Shown here in pieces: positions 1 to 10,333 of a DNA stretch of 64,000 nt. The first letter of the stretch is position 1; every line of letters starts with the position of its first letter. The DNA lies in assembly GCA_963810095.1 (NCBI GenBank), contig CAWEMM010000002.1:292414-356413 (forward strand), read 5' to 3'. Origin of the DNA: an uncultured Chloroflexia bacterium. Lineage in GTDB: Bacteria; Chloroflexota; Anaerolineae; CG2-30-64-16. The notes below the pieces were generated by a model that was not told where the DNA came from, did no database searches, and saw nothing but the letters and a program-made list of their open reading frames with translations. Made by a program: the position numbers and the translations under genes.

Positions 1-801
1 ATTTCCTCGCCGTCGCGCAATCGTACTCCGACCGCCTGTCCGCCGCGCACGACGATGCTCTGCACCGGGCAATTTAGCCTGCACTTCCGCGCCCAGGCGG
101 CACGCCAGGTCGTGCAACGCGCGCGCGATCGAGAAGACGCCGCCTTCGGGGTACCACACGCCCTGGTTAAGTTCCACGTCGCTAATGACCCCCAGGGTGG
201 CGGGCGCGTGGTATGGGCTTGATCCGATATACGTCGCGAAGCGCCCGAAGAGCTTCTGGAGGTGGGGCGAGCGCACGTAGCCCTTGATTGAGCCGTGCAT
301 CTTCGAGAACGGTTGCAGGCGCAGCGCGTCGCCGACCGGCACGCGCAGGAGGTCGGTGGGCCCCGGTCGTTTACCATAAATAAACATGGGCCCGGTAACC
401 CGGTGCAGGAAAGCCGCGTGCTCCAGGTAGGCCTCGTAGCCCCCGACGTCGTGCGGGTCAATCCTCCGGATTTGCTCGGCCATGCGCGCCCGGTCGGCCG
501 TCGCATCGAGCACCGTGCCGTCCGTGTAGAAGTAGCGGGTGAGCGGATCGACGGGCTTCAGCACCAGGTGGTCTTCCAGTTTCTCGCCGGCCGTCTCAAA
601 CAGCTCCTCGAACACCGGCCTCATCGTAATGACCGACGGCCCCGTGTCCCAGCGGAACCCCGCCTCCCGCACCTCGCGCATCTTGCCGCCCGGCGCCTCG
701 TTTTGCTCGAGCACGAGGACGCGCACGCCCGCCGCGGCCAGCCGGATGGCCGCGCTCAGTCCCCCGATCCCTGCTCCGATGATGACGACGGTCTTTGTCA
801 T
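1..801 (-). CDS. Phytoene desaturase-family (CrtI/CrtP-like) FAD oxidoreductase, 3' end runs off the window
   Basis: Manual translation from ATG 801: [40 protein letters not shown]...FRWDTGPSVITM...FGRFATYIGSSPYHAPATL...GVWYPEGG. Not in the ORF track because it is open at the window edge. Confidence 0.85.
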   Translation of the reverse strand, partial: MTKTVVIIGAGIGGLSAAIRLAAAGVRVLVLEQNEAPGGKMREVREAGFRWDTGPSVITMRPVFEELFETAGEKLEDHLVLKPVDPLTRYFYTDGTVLDATADRARMAEQIRRIDPHDVGGYEAYLEHAAFLHRVTGPMFIYGKRPGPTDLLRVPVGDALRLQPFSKMHGSIKGYVRSPHLQKLFGRFATYIGSSPYHAPATLGVISDVELNQGVWYPEGGVFSIARALHDLACRLGAEVQAKLPGAEHRRARRTGGRSTIARRRGN

Positions 802-837
802 GATCAACTCTTGCCTCACCTACAAACCAGGTTTCTC

Positions 838-2040
838 CTAGAAACCAGGTTTGTCTCCGGTTTCCAGTTTCTGGATGACGCGGCCCTTCCACACCGGCCC
901 GCCGTAGCGCAGCTGCCACCAGCACGCGAGCAGCGAGATGGCGGTCATGAGGACGACGGTGGCGGGCATCAAGAAGGCATCGCGGGCGCGTTGGTGTGTG
1001 AACCAGGCGGTGATGCCGCGGAGGCCCATGCCGGCGGCCGTCAAAACGGCGGGCCACAGCGGCCACCCGGGGAGTGTAACCGACAACCCGCCCGCCCCAA
1101 TGGCGAAGCCTTCCGGATTGAGCCACCCCAGCAGCAGCCACACCGGCGGCAGCAGGAACACGGTCACGTGGAACAGGATCGACAGGATCACGCCCAACAC
1201 CGACCCGTAGCCGCCGACAATGCTCTTGGCGAACCCGTTCCGCACGCCCGGCCAATCGGTGTACATGCGGCACGAGATCAAGCGGTTGCCGTCGGCCATT
1301 CGCAGCCGCAGGCCGGCCGCCTTGATATGCCGGGCCAGCTTCACGTCCTCCACGACCTCGCCCCGCACGCCCTCATGCCCCCGGATTTGATCGTAGGCCC
1401 GGCGGCGAAACGCCATCACTTGCCCGTTGGCGGCCGCAAACGCGGGCCAGCGGCTGAAGTGTGTCAGCAGAACCGGCAGGTATGCCATGACGACCAGCGC
1501 CATGTTGGGCACGGTCAGGCGCTCCGCCCAGGTTTCCGTGATCTGGGTGGGCCAGACCGTCTGCAGGTCGGCGCCATTGCCCAGCATCTCCGCGACGAGC
1601 GCAGCCAGGCCGTCGGGCGCCCAGATCGTATCTGCGTCCGTGAACAGCAGGATATCGCCGCGGGCAGCCCGGGCCAACTGATGACACGCCCAATTCTTGC
1701 CCGCCCAGCCCTGGGGCAGGGGCTGCCCGCCTATGACGCGTAGCCGGGGGTCGCCCCGCGCGGCCGTGCGGGCCAGCTCCCCGGTGCCGTCCTCCGAGTT
1801 GTCGTCGAGCACGATCAGCTCGAAGTTGTGGTAGGTTTGAGCCAGGATGCGCTGCACGGTGTGGGCGATGACCCCCGCTTCGTTCCGGGCGGGAATCAGC
1901 ACCGACACCAGCGCGAACTCCCGGTCTGCGTCAAGTCGCGTCCTGCCCGACAGCTTCGGGAACAAGATCAAGTTTGAGGCCAGGATTCCGAGCATGCCCA
2001 GGAGAGCTGCGGAAGCGAACAGGGCCAGAAAGAGCGCCAT
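838..2040 (-). CDS. Family 2 glycosyltransferase, carotenoid glucosyltransferase (CruC/CrtQ-like)
   Basis: VSVLIPARNEA, DDNSED, GWAGKNWAC, LLFTDAD, VEDV, C-terminal TM helices and WKGR end; carotenoid gene context. Confidence 0.85.
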   Translation of the reverse strand: MALFLALFASAALLGMLGILASNLILFPKLSGRTRLDADREFALVSVLIPARNEAGVIAHTVQRILAQTYHNFELIVLDDNSEDGTGELARTAARGDPRLRVIGGQPLPQGWAGKNWACHQLARAARGDILLFTDADTIWAPDGLAALVAEMLGNGADLQTVWPTQITETWAERLTVPNMALVVMAYLPVLLTHFSRWPAFAAANGQVMAFRRRAYDQIRGHEGVRGEVVEDVKLARHIKAAGLRLRMADGNRLISCRMYTDWPGVRNGFAKSIVGGYGSVLGVILSILFHVTVFLLPPVWLLLGWLNPEGFAIGAGGLSVTLPGWPLWPAVLTAAGMGLRGITAWFTHQRARDAFLMPATVVLMTAISLLACWWQLRYGGPVWKGRVIQKLETGDKPGF

Positions 2041-2044
2041 GCCT

Positions 2045-2674
2045 CTATCCTTCCGGTGCTGCGCGCCCCGCCCGAACGCGCAGATGCGGCGGGTGCGCCA
2101 GGTCGGACCGGTGCTTTGCGGCCAGGATGATGGACGTGCCTAACCAGGCCGCAAGCATGGGCGGTTGCGTGAGCCCGAGCGCAACCAGGAGCGCGAGCAG
2201 CACCACCAGCGCGGCCATCACGGCCCAACCGGCCGCCGTCAGCAGCCGGTTGAGAAGTAGCAGGCTGAACGCCATGACGAACGGCCCAAACGGCACGGTC
2301 AGCGCGGTCCATACGCCGAAGGTCACCGCAATGGCCTTGCCGCCCTTGAACTTGAGGAACGGCGAAAAGGCGTGCCCGAGAATGGGCGCCAGCATGACTG
2401 CCGTCAGGCCCCAGCCGTCCACGGCGAAGACGTAGTGCGCGAGCGCAACCGGCAGCGCGCCTTTCGCCATGTCCATCACAATGGCGAGCGCACCGAGCAG
2501 CTTCTTGCCGCTCGCGCGGCCGACGTTCGTCCCGCCCGGGTTACCGTCTCCGTACTGGCGGATGTCCTTACCCAGCAGCACCCGGCCGAGGATCACGGAA
2601 AACGGGATCGACCCGAGCACGAAGCCGATGGCAGTCCAGACGAATGCGTACATCTGCGAGTATGATCTCACCAC
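2045..2674 (-). CDS. PlsY-family (DUF205) acyltransferase
   Basis: GSIPFS...DIRQYGDGNPGGTNV, DMAKG, GHAFSPFLKFKGGKAIA motifs. Confidence 0.85.
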   Translation of the reverse strand: MVRSYSQMYAFVWTAIGFVLGSIPFSVILGRVLLGKDIRQYGDGNPGGTNVGRASGKKLLGALAIVMDMAKGALPVALAHYVFAVDGWGLTAVMLAPILGHAFSPFLKFKGGKAIAVTFGVWTALTVPFGPFVMAFSLLLLNRLLTAAGWAVMAALVVLLALLVALGLTQPPMLAAWLGTSIILAAKHRSDLAHPPHLRVRAGRAAPEG

Positions 2675-2750
2675 AAAGACACTGAGAAGCGATGGTTGGC
2701 GAAGCTCGCTCTTTCGATCACAGCACGATCGATCTACCGGCCCCTCGAGC

Positions 2751-3551
2751 TTACGCGACCGTTGAAGCCTTCTGTCTGCGCGTCAGTGCGGTCAACGGCC
2801 AGCCCAGCGCCACGAAGATCCCCATGCCGATGAAGCCCGCGGCGGCGGGACCGTACAATTGCCAGAAGAGCACCAGCCCCGTGACCTCGATCAGCCAGGT
2901 CATCGCATAGACGAGAAACAACGGGCGTGTGATCAACGCCGGCGGCCGGGCAATTACCGTAATCAGCGCAGACACCAAGAACCACCCGGCGTAGTTCACG
3001 AGAGGGATGCCGAAGTACTGCCCCGGCTGATCCCAGACCCACAGACCCCAGTTTACCATTTGTGGGTCCAGGTACAAGTCCCACGCAGTGAACGCAAGCG
3101 CGCTGACTACGACAAAGAGCAGTCCGCTCGTGCGCTTCGTGATACGCTGGGCGACGGCCCATGCGGGCGGCAGCATCATCAGCCAGGCCAGCGGAATCAG
3201 CAGAGGCACGCCCAGCAGCTGGGGCTGGAGCTGGTCAGTGTAGTGATACGCGCCGAACGGGAACCCCGTCTTCGAGCCGAGGGCCTCCGCGGCCCACCCT
3301 GCCACGACGACCGTCGCGACCAGGAGCGCGGTCCGGCGTGCCCCGGCCCCCTGATAAACGAGCAGGATCACCAGCGCGGCCTGGAGCACGACGCTGACCG
3401 TGACGCCGCGGATGAGTGCGCGGTCCCCTGCCAGCCACTGCACAATGGGCAGTGAGATCATGCAAAGCAGCCAGGCGGCCAAGAGGACGCCGGAGCCTCG
3501 GGGCCAGTCGGCGTCGTAAACGAGTCTTCGACGGTTGAATGCGAGGGACAT
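2751..3551 (-). CDS. cruF: Carotenoid biosynthesis protein, CruF-type 1,2-hydratase family
   Basis: E-x-LG-x-x-TGFPFGAYHYT, GVPLLIPLAW, AWDLYLDPQMV, GIPLVNYAGW motifs. Confidence 0.8.
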   Translation of the reverse strand: MSLAFNRRRLVYDADWPRGSGVLLAAWLLCMISLPIVQWLAGDRALIRGVTVSVVLQAALVILLVYQGAGARRTALLVATVVVAGWAAEALGSKTGFPFGAYHYTDQLQPQLLGVPLLIPLAWLMMLPPAWAVAQRITKRTSGLLFVVVSALAFTAWDLYLDPQMVNWGLWVWDQPGQYFGIPLVNYAGWFLVSALITVIARPPALITRPLFLVYAMTWLIEVTGLVLFWQLYGPAAAGFIGMGIFVALGWPLTALTRRQKASTVA

Positions 3552-3556
3552 GCTGG

Positions 3557-4834
3557 TTACCTCGTGCTTGCCGCAATCCGGGCGGCGAAATCGAGCACTG
3601 CCCGGCTAACCTCCGGCCAGGCCGCGTTGCTCGTGTCGGTCACATTATGGTCACTATCGACTTCTACGTACGCGGCGGGCTCGGGTAGCTCCGAGATCAG
3701 CCGCCGGGTGTTTGCCGGGCGCGACACCCGATCACGGCTTCCCTGTACGACGAGCACCGGGCCGTTCACGTGCCTGGCAGCCGTCGACGCCCCGCGGGAA
3801 ACCGCGCGCAATTGGTCGATCAGGCCAAGCGGCACGCGAAAGCTGCGCACGGCCGCCTGAACGTCCGGGTCGTCCAGGTCGACGCCCGGCATGAAGCCCG
3901 TAATGCCTTGCCTGAGCTGCGGATTGCTGAAATCGGCCCGGCGCATGGGCCGGAAGCCGAGCGGCAGAAACGGCCGCAGGACGAACTCGACCGGCTTCAG
4001 CCACCACGGCTCGGGAAATGAAAACGGAGCGAGCAGGACGAGCCCGTCCACCCGCTGCCCGGTCGCGGCCATCAAAGAGAGCGCCGCGCCCATCGAGTAC
4101 CCGACGAAGAGCAGCGGTTGGCGTCCTTCCGCGCTGAGACCGTTTGCCTCGCGCCTGACAGCCGCCGCCCACTCTTGCCAGCGCCGGGCGGTCAGCGTCT
4201 GCACATCGCTGCCAAAGCCGGGCAGGAGCGGCGCGTGCACCGTCCAGCCTTGGGCGTGGAGCGCCTCGCCCAACCCGCGCATTTCCGCGGGGGTGCCGAG
4301 GAACCCATGGAGCAGCAGCGCAGCCCGCTCGCCGCCCGCCAGTGTGAAGGGCCGGTGCTCGGGCCCAGCGAACGCATCGGGCCACGGCGGCGGGGGCAGC
4401 GGCTCGGGCACGGTCAGTGCGTGGACCAGGTCGAACAGGAAGAGGAACGCGCCTTGAACGATCACGCCCCAACCGTTGCCGGCCGCGAAAGGATCGCCCT
4501 GGCCCAGGGTCCTGAGCAGGATGATACCACCGAGCACGTACAGGACGTCGAGCCCGGTGTTGATCCACAGGAGCCGGCGCAGGTTCCGCGCTTCCCGGTC
4601 TGCGAGCGCTGCCAGGTCGGCGCCAGAGTCGACCGCCTGTGACAGCCGCTTGTTCGCCGAGCGGCGCCCGAAAATGGCAATGCCCGCGTCGATGACGCCC
4701 CAAACCAGCGCCTGGAGGCCGAACCCGCGCCAGAAAGCGTCGCCGAAGAGCAGCAGCGCTCCGCCCGCGATCATGCTGAGCGCGGACCACAGCAGCAGCC
4801 GGCGGGTCAGTGCCTCCTGGAAGTCCCAGATCAT
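3557..4834 (-). CDS. Membrane-domain + alpha/beta hydrolase (esterase) fusion
   Basis: Likely start MIWDFQ at 4834. Four TM-like segments, then LLHGFLG, GYSMG nucleophile elbow, QGSRD and SDH. Confidence 0.75.
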   Translation of the reverse strand: MIWDFQEALTRRLLLWSALSMIAGGALLLFGDAFWRGFGLQALVWGVIDAGIAIFGRRSANKRLSQAVDSGADLAALADREARNLRRLLWINTGLDVLYVLGGIILLRTLGQGDPFAAGNGWGVIVQGAFLFLFDLVHALTVPEPLPPPPWPDAFAGPEHRPFTLAGGERAALLLHGFLGTPAEMRGLGEALHAQGWTVHAPLLPGFGSDVQTLTARRWQEWAAAVRREANGLSAEGRQPLLFVGYSMGAALSLMAATGQRVDGLVLLAPFSFPEPWWLKPVEFVLRPFLPLGFRPMRRADFSNPQLRQGITGFMPGVDLDDPDVQAAVRSFRVPLGLIDQLRAVSRGASTAARHVNGPVLVVQGSRDRVSRPANTRRLISELPEPAAYVEVDSDHNVTDTSNAAWPEVSRAVLDFAARIAASTR

Positions 4835-5906
4835 GTCGCAGGGGCTCCGGGGCATCGGGCTTGGCCGCGGCCGGCAGCACCTTTGAGCCTTCGGCCGTGT
4901 CCTGCACCTGCCAGCCGAGCGCTTCAATCTCGTTGCGCAGCTGGTCCGCCCGGGCCCAATCCCGCTGGACGCGGGCCTCTTGCCGTTCGTCCGCCAGGGC
5001 GAGAACGTCGGCCGGAACCGGAGCGGAGGTCTGCCGCGGCGCGCCCTCGAGCGCGCTGGACGCCACCTCGGGGGGCAGCGTCGCAAGGAGGTCGACCTTC
5101 TGCGTAAAGCCGAGCCGCTGCAGGCTGAAGCGTTCGCCGTCGCCAAAGCGGGCCTCGTCGCCGCCGGTCAGCAGCGTCACGCCGCCCTGGCCCAACACCC
5201 AACCCTCGTCCCGCGCCAGGTCGATCACCAGCGCGGTGTGTTCGTCTACTCCGACGACGGTGGTGTCGGGCGGCAGCATCTGTCGCAGCGCGGCGAACCG
5301 CTGCTGCCCCATGAAGCAGCGGCTGGTGTCCAATTCGGCGCCGCCCTCGCCGTTGTTCCAGTGGGGTATGAACGCAAGCGACGGGCCAAACGGACCGAAC
5401 AGGTCGAGCCCCGGCTGCCAGTGCAGATCGTGCCCGGCCTTGTAGATTTCGTACACGGGCAGCGCAAAGCGGCCGGTCGCGATGGCCGCCGCGGACGCGA
5501 ACACGGCCGCTGCCCCCAGCGCCAGCCGCGCCTGCACGCGCTGCCATGCCAGGCTGCCGGCCAACTGCCGTGCGGCATAAGTGGGGCTGCCGGGACCGGC
5601 GAAGATCAACCCGGCGTCGAGCAAGGGCTGCGAAAGTTCGGGATCGTCGGGAGAGAAGGGCGTGTCGCGGCGCCTGGCCGGGATGACGGAGACCTGCGGA
5701 TCGTAGTTGCCGAGGCGGACGCGGAGGAAGTCGGCTACGCGAGCCGCAACGCGCGCACTGTTGAGCTCGAAGCCCGCGGGTGTCTCGAGCACCGCGACCC
5801 GCAGCGGCGAAGGCAGCTCGCGGGCAAAAGTCTCGAAGAGGCGGCCGCCCGCGGCCGCCGTTTCGCCTGACCCGAGCAGGCCGATGGGGCCGGGAGTGTA
5901 GCTCAC
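4831..5906 (-). CDS. Cyanophycinase/peptidase S51-like (class I GATase fold) protein with CysRS C-terminal-like tail; probable frameshift at the 3' end
   Basis: LLGSGET, FAGPGSPTY, ASAAA, IPHWN, GVDEHTAL, then ERQEARVQRDWARADQLRNEIEALGWQVQDTAEG. The 724-aa ORF continues as off-frame text over the next gene, so the true stop is probably the ATGA overlap at ~4831. Confidence 0.7.
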
Positions 5907-6928
5907 GGCCGCGCCTTTAGGCCTGGCAGCTGGCCGACGACTTCCAGCCCTGCGTGCTCGCCCGTCTCGTCGAACACGATCCGCCCGGTCGCGTTTTCGA
6001 TCAAGCGCACATGAATCGATGCCGTCAGCGTTTCCATCACCCGTTGCAGCATCGCGGTCCTCTCAGGCGAGTGAAGAAGGCCGCCCGTGGTTCTGATCGC
6101 CTCGACTTCAAGCCGGAAGCCGTCCTTGGACTGATCGACATAATGGAGAGTCACCTGGCGATCGGTCACCTCTTGCCGTTCGAGCACCGCGCCGGTGTAG
6201 GTTGCGAAGCGGTAAAGGCGGCCTTGGTGCCACAAGCCGGCGATGAAGCCGTTGAAGACACTGCCCCGCCAGGGAATGACGGCAACGGAAGCGGTGACGC
6301 TGGTGCCGAGCGTGGCAAAGCCGTTGCTTTGCATCCAGATCCAAGCCTTTGGGAAAGACTGTCCCCAGTCCTTCTCGAGGTACCCCCGGCCGCCCGTGTA
6401 GTCAACGGGCTTGCCGTCGACCGTCAGCCGGCCCGAAATGCGGTGATCGAAGCTGAGCACGCCGTGGTAGCACTCCATGAATGGGGCGTAGGCATACCAG
6501 CCCATGATGCCGGGCGATGCGACAGTCACGGGCCATCCGGTGCCCCCGGCGAAATAGAGATCGCCTTGGATCGTCCGCTCGGGGCTCTGGATATCAAGCG
6601 TAATCCGGTTGGGACCGAAGCGGTTAGGCCCGATGCGAACGTCGAACCTGCCGGCCACGGCACAGAAGTCGTCGCACGAATAGCGGTGATAGGTCGAGCG
6701 GCCGGTCGCTCCGTCAAGGGTCTGGACGAAAGCGTGGGTCGACCCGGGCCCCTCGCCGACGAAGACGCCGGGGATGACCGCGTAGGGATGACGGCCGGCC
6801 GGGTCAATGAGCTTGAAGTACCAGCCCTCAAAGAAAGGGGGCCGCTTGCCCCAGCCGTGATACGCGGCCGGCTGCCAGGTATTGAGTATGTTGCGGGTCG
6901 TATACCTTAGGCCCTGCAGTATGCCCAC
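5903..6928 (-). CDS. Tocopherol cyclase-family protein
   Basis: FFEGWYFKL, GIMGWY..APFMECYHGVLS, GRGYLEKDWGQSFPKAWIWMQSN motifs. Confidence 0.8.
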   Translation of the reverse strand: MGILQGLRYTTRNILNTWQPAAYHGWGKRPPFFEGWYFKLIDPAGRHPYAVIPGVFVGEGPGSTHAFVQTLDGATGRSTYHRYSCDDFCAVAGRFDVRIGPNRFGPNRITLDIQSPERTIQGDLYFAGGTGWPVTVASPGIMGWYAYAPFMECYHGVLSFDHRISGRLTVDGKPVDYTGGRGYLEKDWGQSFPKAWIWMQSNGFATLGTSVTASVAVIPWRGSVFNGFIAGLWHQGRLYRFATYTGAVLERQEVTDRQVTLHYVDQSKDGFRLEVEAIRTTGGLLHSPERTAMLQRVMETLTASIHVRLIENATGRIVFDETGEHAGLEVVGQLPGLKARP

Positions 6929-6934
6929 CTGTCC

Positions 6935-7441
6935 CTACGCTTTCGCCTGCGCCATTACCGTCTCCCCGTCCCATTCCCGGTTCAACTCGTCCAACAGCGC
7001 AGTCAGCTTGGTGTTTGCCACAAAGTCGGTCATCGACTCGCCCCGGTGTTCGAAGCGCACCGCGCCGCTCCGGTCGAGCACGAGCATCGAGGGCAGGCGG
7101 CCGAACTTGAGTATCTTGACCTGTTGTCCGTATTGGTTTGCCACCTCATGACCGGGATCGACGAGCCCACGCATCGGCAGATTCTCTTTGCGCCAGTAGT
7201 CCGCCACCTGCGGAGCATCATCCGGGTTAATCACCAGGATTTCCGTGTCCCTCACGACGAATTCGCGGTAGTCTTGGCGCAACTGCGCCATATGCCTGCG
7301 GCAGTGCGGTCAGAACAGGCCCCGGTTGAAGACCAGGACGACGTTCTTGGTGCCGCGGTAGTCCGACAGCCGCACCTGCTTGCCGTCGACGTCGCTCAGC
7401 GCGAAGTCGGGCGCCTGTTTGTCGATGAGTCTTTTGTCCAT
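6935..7441 (-). CDS. Peroxiredoxin-like (AhpC/TSA) selenoprotein with UxxC motif
   Basis: ATG 7441: [46 protein letters not shown](7310-7312)-PHCRRHMAQLRQDY..., in frame with ORF 6935..7291. The TGA sits at the redox-Cys position. Confidence 0.85.
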
Positions 7442-7495
7442 CTCGCAGTCCTCTCCCTTTAGGCAGACCTTCCGGGTTTTGCCAACCCCAAGGCC

Positions 7496-8483
7496 CTAGA
7501 AACGTTCAACAAATTTCGTCACCGCATCCAGCCACGCCTCCGGGCATTCTTCCTGGGGCGTGTGACCGCATTGGGGGATCACGACCAGTTCCGCATTGGG
7601 CAGCTCGCCGGCCAGCCGGATGCTGTCCTTGGTGGGCACGATCCGGTCGTCGTCGCCCGTGATAACGAGCACCGGCTGGGTGACCTCGCCCACACGGGCG
7701 CCCAAGTTAAGTTCGCTGCTCGCCTTGGTAAGCTCCCAAAGCCCCTTGTCCCAATCCTGCGCCTTTGTCGCCTTGCGATACCCCTCCTGGACTTCCGGCG
7801 TCACCTTGGACGGGTCGTGCCACGCCATGCCGATCAGCCGCGTGCCAGACGATGCGAGCAACCGGCCCGACAGCGGACCCAGGCGCTGCAGCTGGGGCGT
7901 CGACAACAGCGGCTTAATCCACGCCGGGCGCGCCGCCGCCCGTGTAAATGGCTGCATCGACCAGCACGAGCCCTTGCACCCGCTCGGGATAAGCGAGCGC
8001 AGCGTTCATCGCCACGGTCCCGCCGGCCGAGTTGCCGATCAGAACCGCCTTGTCGATGCCCAGCTTGTCCATCATCCCGACGACTTGAGCGGCCTGCGCC
8101 GGGCCGCTGTACGGGTTGACCCCCGTCCACGCCGCGCCGCCCTCCATCCGGGGATGCCCGGGGAGCGGCCGCTCGGTCAGGCCGGACGACGGCCGGTCGT
8201 AGGCGACCACCGTGCCGAGCTTCGCGAGGGGCCCCATTACCGAGCGCCACGAGAAGGTGCTGGCGCTGAAGCCGTGCAGCAGGATCATCGCCGGCGTACC
8301 CGCGCCTGCCCGCTTGTAATGGAACTTCAGGCCGTCTACCTCGACGAATTCGCTGTCGGGGTCGGCCAGGTCCTCGGGCGGCACAAGCCCTTCGAGCGGC
8401 TTGACCGGCACGAGGAACGGCCCGACCAGCACGAGCAAGAGCACGCCAACGAGTGCGCCCAATAGAATCCGGAGCAGTTTCAT
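7496..8483 (-). CDS. Alpha/beta hydrolase with N-terminal anchor (frameshift ~7930)
   Basis: ILLHGFSAS and GNSAGG in ORF 7914..8483; GDDDRIVP and CGHTPQEE in ORF 7496..7957. Confidence 0.8.
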
Positions 8484-8539
8484 GGACTTGTCCTCATACT
8501 CGTCATTTTACGCGCCGCCCTTCAATCTATCTGTGAGGG

Positions 8540-8578
8540 ATAATACCAGATGTACAATCTTTGTCAAAGGAACGTATA
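8540..8578 (-). promoter_or_regulatory. sigma70 promoter overlapping a CarH/LitR-type 11-bp repeat operator
   Basis: Minus strand TATACG-N5-TTGACA-N5-TGTACA-N5-TATTAT; -35 at 8562-8567, TGn-extended -10 at 8540-8545. Confidence 0.7.
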
Positions 8579-8633
8579 GAATGGGGAGAAAGAACAAACC
8601 AGGTTTGCCGCAGAAACCTGGTTTGTCACGTGC

Positions 8634-10333
8634 TCATCCAGTCAGCTTGCGGTGCACAAGGCGGTGCGGCGTTTCTGCGGCGATGCCCAACCGCTTGCGG
8701 CGGTCCGTCTCGTAGTCCGAGCAGTTGCCGACAAACCACTGCACGCTGCCGTCCTCCTCGAACGCGAGGATATGCGTGCAGATGCGGTCGAGAAACCAGC
8801 GGTCATGGCTGACGACCATCGCGTCTGCCGCCGAAGTCGCTCAGCGCTTCTTCCAGCGCGCGCAGAGTGTTCACGTCCAGGTCGTTGGTCGGCTCGTCGA
8901 GGAGGAGCACGTTCGCGCCCCGCCGCAGCACCTTCGCCAGGTGCACCCGGTTGCGCTCGCCGCCCGATAGATCGCCCACCCGCTTCTGCTGGTCCGACCC
9001 GAGGAAGTTGAACCCCGAGACGTAGCCCCGGCTGTTTACTTTGCGCTGCCCCAGCGTGATCGTCTCGTCGCCGCCCGAGATCTCCTCCCAGACCGTTTTG
9101 TCGGCGTTGAGCGTCTCGCGGCTTTGGTCGACGTAGCCCAACTCGACCGTCTGCCCGATACGCACGGTACCGGTTGTGGGCTGCTCCTGGTGGGTGATCA
9201 GGCGGAGCATGGTCGTCTTGCCCGCGCCGTTCGGCCCGATCACGCCGACGATGGACGCCGGGCGGCATCTGGAAGGTCAGGTTCTCGAAGATGAGACGAC
9301 TCTGTCCCGGCGAGTCCGTGTCGTCGTAGGTCTTGCTCACTTTGTCGAAGTCGATGACGACGTCGCCCAGGCGCGGGCCGGGGGGAATGTAGATCTGCAT
9401 CTCCTCGCGGCGCTGTTCGGTCTCCTCGCTCAGCAGCTTCTCATAGGCGCTGACGCGTGCTTTCCCCTTCGACTGGCGGGCGCGGGGCGACATGCGGATC
9501 CATTCGAGCTCGCGCTCGAGCGTGCGGATGCGCCGGGTGTCCGCCTTCTCTTCCTTGCGCAGCCGCTCCTGCTTCTGTTCGAGCCAGGACGAGTAGTTGC
9601 CCCGCCACGGGATGCCATAGCCCCGGTCCAGCTCCAGGATCCACTGGGCCACATTGTCGAGGAAGTAACGGTCGTGCGTAACCGCGATGACGGTGCCCGC
9701 GTACCCTTGCAGGTGCTTCTCCAGCCACCCGACCGACTCGGCGTCCAGGTGGTTCGTCGGCTCGTCGAGCAGGAGGATGTCGGGCTCGGTCAGCAGCAGG
9801 CGGGTGAGCGCGACCCGGCGCCGCTCGCCGCCCGAGAGGATGCTGACCGGCGCGTCGCCGGGCGGGCAGCGCAGCGCCTCCATGGCCTGTTCGAGCTTGT
9901 TGTCGAGGTTCCACGCGTCGTGCTTGTCCAGCTCTTCTTGCAGCTTGCCCTGCTTCTCGATCAGCGCGTCGAAGTCGGCGTCGGGCTCGCCGAAGGCGTT
10001 TGTGACCTCGTCGAACTCCTTCAGCATGTCCACGATGGGTTGCACGGCCTCTTCGATGACCTGGCGCACGGTCTTGTTCGGGTCAAGCTGCGGCTCCTGC
10101 TCGAGCAGCCCGCGGGTGTAACCCTTGGACAGCATCGTCTCGCCCAGGTAGCCGTCGTCCACCCCCGCCATGATGCGCAGCAGCGTGCTCTTGCCCGCGC
10201 CGTTCAGGCCCAGCACGCCGATTTTTGCGCCGTAATAGAAGCCGAGCGAGATGTCGCGCAGCACCTGGCGGTTTGGCGGATGCACCCGGCCTACCCGGAC
10301 CATCGAGTAGATGACTTGTTGGGTCTCGGTCAT
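8634..10333 (-). CDS. ettA: Energy-dependent translational throttle A (ABC-F), two frameshifts
   Basis: [86 protein letters not shown] across three frames. Confidence 0.9.

Noticed and set aside
3732-5906. 724-aa hydrolase ORF
   Set aside because: The C-terminal half is R/A/G/P-rich shadow translation over the next gene; the real protein is ~360 aa.
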